Positions 58,052 to 64,000 of a DNA stretch of 64,000 nt are shown one piece after another. Positions within the stretch are counted from its first letter, which is position 1. Each line of letters starts with the position of its first letter. Made by a program: the position numbers and the translations under genes. Source of the stretch: Candidatus Kerfeldbacteria bacterium (GTDB taxonomy: Bacteria; Patescibacteriota; Patescibacteriia; UBA9570); contig JACPGK010000022.1 in NCBI GenBank assembly GCA_016182495.1, forward strand, positions 11,092-75,091, read 5' to 3'. A model generated the notes under the pieces. It was not told the origin of the DNA and ran no database searches. It was given only the letters and a program-made list of their open reading frames with translations.

Positions 58052-58573
58052 ATGCCATTAGCAAAAAAAATGAAGCATCCGGTACCAAATCAACATCTAA
58101 TCCATATCGGTGACGTCGTCGTCTCTTTTGCACTATTAGAACTAGCGATCCAAAGTCTAATAGGATCATTAATATTCGAACATCAAAGGGTAGGCCAAAT
58201 TATCACAGCGGAACTTTCATTTAAAAATCTACGCGCACTTGCAATTAGTCTTTACCTTGATAGGCATGGTGAAGATAGCGACTATTCAAAATTGAAACCA
58301 TTGATGAACGAGGCTGGCAAAATTGAGGAGACACGAAACAATATAATTCACTCCATTTGGGCCGCAGGCAAGGATAAAGACCATATCACCAGAATCAAAA
58401 CAACCGCAAAAGAGAAAAAAGGGTTAGCATTTTGCTTTGAAGAATTATCAGTAAGCGACTTAGAAAGTTTCGCTGGGAAAATACAGCAATGTGCTGGAAG
58501 TGTTCAAAGTTTCAATTTTGAATTAATTAAGACCAAGAAGGCTATTAATAATCCTATTCTGAAGTTGTGGTAG
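58052..58573 (+). CDS. Hypothetical protein with Rx4H (HEPN-like) motif (cassette ORF)
   Basis: Start chosen at MPLAKKMKHPV, directly after repeat B; the track start at 58013 lies inside the repeat. It contains the motif ETRNNIIHSIW. Confidence 0.45.
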   Translation: MPLAKKMKHPVPNQHLIHIGDVVVSFALLELAIQSLIGSLIFEHQRVGQIITAELSFKNLRALAISLYLDRHGEDSDYSKLKPLMNEAGKIEETRNNIIHSIWAAGKDKDHITRIKTTAKEKKGLAFCFEELSVSDLESFAGKIQQCAGSVQSFNFELIKTKKAINNPILKLW

Positions 58574-58697
58574 TTTTTTTGCTAACAGCATATAACAGCG
58601 TGTATACAGCTTGTTCACTTCCTGCGTGCGTTCACTCGCCCAAATTTGACTTATTTTTTATTTAGTGATAAATTAGAAGCATAAAATTACTAAACAT

Positions 58698-58919
58698 ATG
58701 CGCAAAATAGACCTCAAATCAGTGGTATGGAAAGAGGGTGATTATTACGTCTCCCAATCTTTAGATGTTGATGTTTCCAGTTTTGGCAAAACAAAAAAAG
58801 AGGCCCTGACAATGCTGCAAGATGCTTTGGCGTTATACTTTGAAGATGTTCCACTACCAATAAAGACAGAGCGTGTGAAAGAACCGTCTATTGCTTCGGT
58901 TACTCTGCAGCATGCCTAA
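58698..58919 (+). CDS. hicB: HicB-family antitoxin (second copy)
   Basis: 73 aa (..WKEGDYYVSQSLDVDVSSFGKTKKEALTMLQDALALYFE). Overlaps the HicA start by 8 nt (ATGCCTAA). Confidence 0.65.
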   Translation: MRKIDLKSVVWKEGDYYVSQSLDVDVSSFGKTKKEALTMLQDALALYFEDVPLPIKTERVKEPSIASVTLQHA

Positions 58920-59127
58920 ACCATATCCACTTCGACTTGTCATTAAAGTCCTTGAAAACAAGGGCTTCTTTTTTGTTTCTCAAACTGGCTCACACGCCAA
59001 ATATCGCAAAGCAGGGATTCAAACACTGACCGCCATTGTGCCAATTCATGGTAAAGAAATCCGTTATGGTACTTTTCGGTCTATTTTGCGACAAACAAAA
59101 TTAAAAGAGGAGGATTTTCAAGATTAA
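58912..59127 (+). CDS. hicA: HicA-family toxin (second copy)
   Basis: MPKPYPLRLVIKVLENKGFFFVSQTGSHAKYRK...IPIHGKEIRYGTFRSILRQTKL matches the HicA/YcfA signature. Confidence 0.7.
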   Translation: MPKPYPLRLVIKVLENKGFFFVSQTGSHAKYRKAGIQTLTAIVPIHGKEIRYGTFRSILRQTKLKEEDFQD

Positions 59128-59151
59128 AAAAATAAGTCAAACTTTGCATAC

Positions 59152-59215
59152 ACCATGTCGATCTGAACACTGCGTGTTCATCTTGCCACGGCGCCTAGCC
59201 GCGAGGCGTTAGGCG
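59152..59215. repeat. GC-rich structured repeat element, 3' half only (copy C)
   Basis: It matches the last ~65 bp of copies A and B, including TGAACACTGCGTGTTCA and the terminal CCGCGAGGCGTTAGGCG. Confidence 0.55.
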
Positions 59216-59281
59216 AAATAATTCTTGAAAATTCCCTATTGAAATGAAATTTTTATTTCCCTTTCCAAAAATTAAGTCCTT

Positions 59282-60196
59282 ATGATGAAAATAGAAAAAG
59301 AAATTGCCGAACGTATCTACAATTACGAAAATCCAAAAAAAATTGCTCTTTCCAGAAAATATCCATTTCTAAAAAAGCCAATTATTTTTTTGCGTCATTT
59401 ATTTCGAGATATACAAAATTTTTTTGATTTTAGGATTAAATATGAAAGAAAAAATGATTTTTTCGACTGTATTATAGCAAGGCATCAATCAGTATTAAGA
59501 CGCAAGCTCGGAGATAGTAATCCAAAGCTACAAGAACAAAAGATTGTTAATCTTAAACAAGCTATTCAACGATTAAATGGCATAGTTATACAACCAAATC
59601 ATGTCTTTTCGCTTTGGAATATTATCGGTAAGCCAAAATATGAAAACGGATATGTTGATGGAATGCTACTGTCAAACGGCAAAGTTGTAGAGGGAATCGG
59701 TGGCGGACTTTGCCAATTATCCAATTTTCTTTACTGGATTTTTCTACATGCCCCAATTGAGACGACTGAGAGGTATCATCACTCTATGGATGTTTTTCCG
59801 GATTCTGGCAGAACTTTGCCGTTTGGCGGAGGAGCAACAATTTTATACAATTTCATTGATCTAAAAGTAAAAAACATATCAATATATCCGTTTCAGTTAA
59901 AAATATGGCTTACCGATAATCATTTGAAGGGTCAAATACTATCTCCTCGCCCCATAGCACAAAAATTTCATATTTTTGAAAAAAATCATTTTTTCGTTAA
60001 AAGAGGTAAAAAATATTTTCGATATAATGAAATTTACAAAGAAACTAAAATTGGTGGGAAAGTAGAAAAAATCGAAAAAATTACCACAAATTTTGCACCA
60101 GCGCTTTACAAGGTGACAGATGAATATCTGCAAAAAAATAATTTTAGGATTTTGGATTTTACGAACAGGGAAATAAAAATTTTAAATAAGGAATGA
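59282..60196 (+). CDS. VanW-like domain protein (cassette ORF)
   Basis: The motif GIGGGLCQLSNFLYW resembles the VanW family GGGVCQ core. 304 aa. Confidence 0.5.
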   Translation: MMKIEKEIAERIYNYENPKKIALSRKYPFLKKPIIFLRHLFRDIQNFFDFRIKYERKNDFFDCIIARHQSVLRRKLGDSNPKLQEQKIVNLKQAIQRLNGIVIQPNHVFSLWNIIGKPKYENGYVDGMLLSNGKVVEGIGGGLCQLSNFLYWIFLHAPIETTERYHHSMDVFPDSGRTLPFGGGATILYNFIDLKVKNISIYPFQLKIWLTDNHLKGQILSPRPIAQKFHIFEKNHFFVKRGKKYFRYNEIYKETKIGGKVEKIEKITTNFAPALYKVTDEYLQKNNFRILDFTNREIKILNKE

Positions 60197-60211
60197 ATTT
60201 TCAAGAATTAC

Positions 60212-60241
60212 AACGCCTCGCGGTTCCCGCGAGGCGTTAGC
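60212..60241. repeat. Solo hairpin formed by the element's terminal inverted repeats (AACGCCTCGCGG ttc CCGCGAGGCGTT)
   Basis: A perfect 12-bp stem with a 3-nt loop, followed by AGCTGAAAT as at copy E. Confidence 0.6.
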
Positions 60242-60259
60242 TGAAATTCATTTCAAAAT

Positions 60260-60730
60260 ATGAACATAAATAAACATCTCAAAAATCTATCTCCTTATGG
60301 CATGGGCAAGAAAGATTTTGAAATAGAAAAAAATGAACTTGAAAAAAAATTTGGCCAACAGCCAACTGATCAAGATGTGTTGTATTCACTTTTTAATAAA
60401 CTAGTTGTTCAAACAAGTGATTTTCAAGATTTAAAATCTATTTATTATTCAATGGCACTTTTTTTAAATGAAGAAGGACATGACAGTCTAAATGCTAATA
60501 GATCAAGCGCAAAAATGGGACTAGCAGCGTTAAAAAATTTTGGAGTAAAAAAAGTAGAAATTCTTGTTAATTCAGGTTGTGAAGAATGTCAGAAATTAGC
60601 AGGCCAAATTTTTGACATAGATAAAGCAATGACTGATTTGCCCATACCAAACCAGGCGTGCAAATACGATTTGAATAATAATGATAAGCCACTTTGCCGA
60701 TGTGAATATTTACCTGTTATTGATGATTGA
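60260..60730 (+). CDS. Hypothetical protein with C-terminal Cys cluster (cassette ORF)
   Basis: 156 aa with SGCEECQ...ACKYD...LCRCE. No family recognised. Confidence 0.4.
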   Translation: MNINKHLKNLSPYGMGKKDFEIEKNELEKKFGQQPTDQDVLYSLFNKLVVQTSDFQDLKSIYYSMALFLNEEGHDSLNANRSSAKMGLAALKNFGVKKVEILVNSGCEECQKLAGQIFDIDKAMTDLPIPNQACKYDLNNNDKPLCRCEYLPVIDD

Positions 60731-60782
60731 AATGAACTTCACCTAACACGGGCTAGTCGCTTCGCTCACTAATTTTTTTTCA

Positions 60783-61118
60783 ATGCAACAAAAAATTGAA
60801 TTGCAAGAATTTTCCATCAAACTAACAAATTTATATCCCCGGCTCAGAATTTGGACAGACGGTCGAGTATATGAAATTAAAGAGTTAGTTGGACAAAAAA
60901 ATAGTCTCAAATTTTACATTTATCCTGAAGACCATAATCCACCCCATTTTCATGTTATTAGCCAAAATGGTGACGTAGACGTCAGTTTTAAGATTGAAGA
61001 TGGAAAATTCTTACGAGGAAAGGCTAAACGAAAATTTGACCTAAAGAAAATTCAATATTTTTATGATCAATACAGGCCAGAGTTACAAAGTAAATGGAAT
61101 GCATTTCAAAAAAATTAG
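60783..61118 (+). CDS. DUF4160-family protein
   Basis: It has the motif HNPPHFHV, characteristic of DUF4160. 111 aa. Confidence 0.6.
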   Translation: MQQKIELQEFSIKLTNLYPRLRIWTDGRVYEIKELVGQKNSLKFYIYPEDHNPPHFHVISQNGDVDVSFKIEDGKFLRGKAKRKFDLKKIQYFYDQYRPELQSKWNAFQKN

Positions 61119-61119
61119 T

Positions 61120-61215
61120 TCGTTCACTCAAATTGCTTCCTGTCGGCTGTGATGATAAGATCATATTACAGCCACAGTCAGCAACTTCGGCTAGCCTGAA
61201 ACGTTAGCTGAAATA
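61120..61215. repeat. Divergent attC-like element (copy E)
   Basis: Imperfect inverted repeat CGGCTGTGAT..ATTACAGCCACAG, then TTCGGCTAGCCTG, ending GAAACGTTAGCTGAAAT. It shares the 3' end with copy D. Confidence 0.4.
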
Positions 61216-61359
61216 TTCCTTTTCTTTTTTGGGCTTCGCCCGAGTGTTTACAAAAATTATCAAATTTCTTTCCCTCTCATCATTAAGTAGGGGAAATTTC
61301 AGTATTAATTTAATTGAATTGACATTACGTTTCATATCTGATACACTATTGTCATAATT

Positions 61360-61977
61360 ATGAAAAGCAGGAAAAACCTTTTAGAACAACTTAAAAACTT
61401 ACCTTATTTCAGTAAAAGTACTGTGTATCAGCTTGGGACACAGTTAGGGCTCAAGAATACCTCGGTTGATACTTATATCAGTCGCTTCTTGAAATCCAAA
61501 GAAATTTTCCAGTTAAAAAGGGCTTTATACGTATCCTCAGATTTCTATAACAGAAATAAGGATGATATTTCCTGTTCGTTTTATCTTGCCAATGTTATTC
61601 GTACTCCATCATATGTAAGTTCATGGGCGGCACTTCAGTACTATAATCTCACAACGGAAGCTATTCATTCTGTAACCTCGGTAACGCCCAAGGTTACAAG
61701 ACAGTACCAGACAAAGGCTGGAAACTTTGCCTATCAGTCCATCAAGAAGGAGTTATTTTCAGGATTCTCATTGGTTAAGGGTAGATTTGATTTCTTCATC
61801 GCTTCACCCTCAAAGGCACTATTTGATCTCCTGTATTTCAAGACTCGACAACTTCGTAGCATGAGTCAGGAAAACATTAATATGCTGATAGAGGAACTAA
61901 GAGTAGATATTAATGAGATGGAAACCCAGGAGCGAGAAAAGTTTTATACCATGATTAATAAACACGTTCATGAGTGA
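61360..61977 (+). CDS. AbiEi-like type IV toxin-antitoxin antitoxin (wHTH)
   Basis: 205 aa upstream of an AbiEii-like nucleotidyltransferase, overlapping it by 8 nt. N-terminal winged-helix-like region. Confidence 0.5.
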   Translation: MKSRKNLLEQLKNLPYFSKSTVYQLGTQLGLKNTSVDTYISRFLKSKEIFQLKRALYVSSDFYNRNKDDISCSFYLANVIRTPSYVSSWAALQYYNLTTEAIHSVTSVTPKVTRQYQTKAGNFAYQSIKKELFSGFSLVKGRFDFFIASPSKALFDLLYFKTRQLRSMSQENINMLIEELRVDINEMETQEREKFYTMINKHVHE

Positions 61978-63253
61978 ACAAATATTAATTATTCTTAAAA
62001 GAGAGCTTGATGAGCTCTCTCTGTATGGCGATCTTGATGCCGAAACCCGTAGAAACAAGCTTAAAGAGGCTTTGCAGTATTACATTCTCAATTTCATTTA
62101 TCACCATCCTGAATATAGCAAATGGGTGATGTATGGAGGTTCGGCACTTCGAATCATTCACGGTCTTGATCGAATGTCAGTGGATCTGGATTTTGAAGTA
62201 TCACACACTGTAACAGGAATCTTTTTAGAGGAGCTAAAAAAGGAACTTGAGGATCACTATAAAAATACGTATGGGGTGGGTTCTAATTTCCTGACAATAA
62301 AAATAACGACAGGCAGAGGACTCCTTCTAAAATTCCATGTTGGCGAAGCATTAGGTTTTGGCCACACTTCCAATCAAGTTCATGTAAAAATAGACCTCAA
62401 CCATTTCGTCGCTCCTAAAACTGTTACTGAGCGTCGGCCGATGAACCGTGATCAGCTTTCTTTTGTTATTTCGACCTACAATATGTCTGCTTTGATGGCA
62501 AGTAAGATAGCCGCCATTTTTTTGCGTGGGACTCGCGGTGTGGGTGAAGCTGTGTACAAGGAAAAGGGACGGGATATTTACGACCTTCTTTGGTATATGA
62601 ATAAAAAAGTGGTTCCTGATATTGATTATCTTGTTGCCAAAGGTATTGATGTAAACGATCCACGGGCGATTTTTGACAAGCTCACACTGCAGATGAATAA
62701 AGTGAGCGATGAAAATCTCAAGCAGGACCTTATGCCGCTTTTTACAAATCGCATATACGTTGAGAACTGGCTTCAGAATTGGCGAGAAAGCTATCTGCGA
62801 CTGCTTGATGATTACAAAATACGCACTGTTACAGAAATAGAGCATATCAGAGTGCACCACGACTTAATGCCAGATAATTTCTATTTCATTTATACCTATA
62901 AAACAGAAGATAGCGGGTTTGTTCGCGTTATGTATTCGATGAGCGATTACTGGATTGATTTTAACGAAGGTAATTTGCCAACCAAAGAAAGCGAGAAAAT
63001 AAAAGATAAGGTTGAATTTACAAGCAATGGAGCGACAAGTCATCCGCCGTCTGAAGATAAATTGAGACAGTATGCCACGCTTTTTTATCAGAAGACGGAA
63101 GATTATTTCAAGAAAACTAACCGAATCATGTTCGGTGATACGATCACAACAAAGCTTATACGCATGACGTCAGATAAACTAAATCCAAAAGAGCAGATCG
63201 TGCTTAATAAGTCGGCATTACTCTCTTGTGAGCTTGATGATTTATTGAAATGA
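61970..63253 (+). CDS. AbiEii/AbiGii-family nucleotidyltransferase toxin (DUF1814)
   Basis: The motif VMYGGSALRIIHGLDRMSVDLDFEV matches the GG[ST]AL...R.S.DlDF signature. Confidence 0.65.
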   Translation: MSEQILIILKRELDELSLYGDLDAETRRNKLKEALQYYILNFIYHHPEYSKWVMYGGSALRIIHGLDRMSVDLDFEVSHTVTGIFLEELKKELEDHYKNTYGVGSNFLTIKITTGRGLLLKFHVGEALGFGHTSNQVHVKIDLNHFVAPKTVTERRPMNRDQLSFVISTYNMSALMASKIAAIFLRGTRGVGEAVYKEKGRDIYDLLWYMNKKVVPDIDYLVAKGIDVNDPRAIFDKLTLQMNKVSDENLKQDLMPLFTNRIYVENWLQNWRESYLRLLDDYKIRTVTEIEHIRVHHDLMPDNFYFIYTYKTEDSGFVRVMYSMSDYWIDFNEGNLPTKESEKIKDKVEFTSNGATSHPPSEDKLRQYATLFYQKTEDYFKKTNRIMFGDTITTKLIRMTSDKLNPKEQIVLNKSALLSCELDDLLK

Positions 63254-63795
63254 AGGCGAAAAGAAATTTGATAATTTTTGCTCGCCTCTCTTGCTATTTA
63301 GATGACCACTCAGACGAAATACCTGAAGAAAGAGTGATGGGTGCCGGAAGTTTCAAAGTGAGGGCAATTGGTTTCAGGGCGCTCTGAGTAACACTGAATT
63401 TGCTCTCCGTACGTATTGCAACAATCCAGAGCTATTATATGATTGAGGGGCGCGCGGTGTTTTCGCAGCGTAGCTGAGAAAACAATTTTTAAAATACACC
63501 CTATCAAAAAAGAACACGCCGTTTGTGGTTGGCGACGTAATAGCTTACAAACGAAACGGTAAATTGTTTAACAGGGCATTCGGCAGAATTGAAAAAGTCA
63601 ACACACTTGACGAAGGTTGATCGTACGAAGTATTTACCGTGTCGGGTGGTCAGGTGTTTACGGAAAAAGTCATGCACGATTGGATCTTTGCCAGAAATTA
63701 AACATTTTAGTAAACGCCCATAAAAATTCAACATTTTAGTTAAAACCCACTTTTTGATGTTACTATATCAGTATAGTGACATAGTAAGTGCAATC

Positions 63796-63824
63796 TTGAC
63801 TAGACTACCTTAATTGGCTATAAT
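63796..63824 (+). promoter_or_regulatory. Consensus-like sigma70 promoter upstream of the partial gene at window end
   Basis: TTGACT, a 17-nt spacer, TATAAT, then a GGATAT..ATATCC hairpin and ATG 63856. Confidence 0.4.
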
Positions 63825-63855
63825 TGGATATAGTTAAAATATCCAATTTGAATAT

Positions 63856-64000
63856 ATGCCTAAGATTAGCCAAAAAAATACAGAAAAACATGAGATTTTT
63901 GACAATTTTGTCAAACGAATTGAACAAATCCCTTTTAACATTGTTTCCAAAATCGCTAAAATTGACGAATTAAAAGGGCAGTGGATAACTGGGGCACGCC
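63856..64000 (+). CDS. 5' end of a gene continuing beyond the window (hypothetical; possibly Fic-like N-terminus)
   Basis: The frame is open for 48 codons from the ATG to the window edge (MPKISQKNTEKHEIFDNFVKRIEQIPFNIVSKIAKIDELKGQWITGAR). Confidence 0.3.
   Translation, partial: MPKISQKNTEKHEIFDNFVKRIEQIPFNIVSKIAKIDELKGQWITGAR

Noticed and set aside
56648-61215. Possible CRISPR array suggested by repeated GC-rich elements and tandem repeats
   Set aside because: The 11-bp unit is far too short. The ~150-bp elements are irregularly spaced (270 bp to 1.2 kb apart) and separated by full genes, not spacers. They are imperfect inverted repeats of different lengths, and no cas genes are present.
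63310-63734. Two minus-strand ORFs (65 and 76 aa) in the 63.3-63.8 kb intergenic region
   Set aside because: No RBS or promoter, odd composition, and they read against the local gene orientation. The region more likely holds regulatory or repeat sequence.
1-64000. tRNA, rRNA or tmRNA genes
   Set aside because: Scanning the intergenic regions found no cloverleaf-consistent GTTCRANYC T-loop with acceptor pairing, and no rRNA-like conserved blocks. This cannot be excluded without tRNAscan/Infernal.

Overview
This 64 kb window is from a bacterial chromosome of about 43-46% GC with a compact gene set, possibly Patescibacteria/CPR-like (low confidence). It reads as four blocks. Block 1 (1-10.9 kb) is a conserved core: lepA, a dcw-type cluster ftsW-murG-folC-murC-murB, then hpf-secA. 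Block 2 (10.9-19.4 kb) is an accessory island. It holds three Fic-family paralogs, each with its own near-consensus sigma70 promoter, a HicB/HicA pair, an IS transposase remnant, a membrane-anchored S8 subtilase and a DUF4143 AAA ATPase. A conserved ~37 bp motif follows the stop codon of every gene in this island. Block 3 (19.4-36.4 kb) holds a copper/metal homeostasis cluster: a CopB-like CPH P-type ATPase, a MacB-type ABC permease and ATPase whose ATPase carries a C-terminal YHS/TRASH domain, an HMA-permease-cupredoxin fusion, copZ and copA. It also has secreted FN3 and FG-GAP/L,D-transpeptidase paralogs, and secD-secF, where SecD carries a parvulin-type PPIase insertion. Block 4 is the most unusual region (36.5-55.7 kb). 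An operon encodes a sigma-70 region-4-only protein, a 522-aa membrane protein and a TraD/VirD4-like P-loop ATPase. It runs directly into a tandem array of eight diversified paralogs of a large (~520-590 aa) cysteine-rich protein of unknown family. Each paralog has homologous CxxC...CPxCRxQRR zinc-ribbon-like modules at both ends and CxxC-rich internal repeats. Two members are decaying (frameshifts, deletion). A DUF559 endonuclease-like gene and a TrmB-like regulator are embedded in the array, along with three GC-rich perfect palindromes. The array ends at a tyrosine recombinase (minus strand). Beyond it lies an AT-rich (~33% GC) integron-like cassette region (56.6-63.3 kb). That region has an 11-bp tandem repeat, a consensus outward promoter, and five copies of a GC-rich, multiply stem-looped attC-like element ending in GTTAGG/GTTAGC. 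These elements separate small cargo genes: a membrane protein, a HEPN-like ORF, a second HicB/HicA, VanW-like, DUF4160 and AbiEi/AbiEii. No rRNA, tRNA or CRISPR array was recognised.
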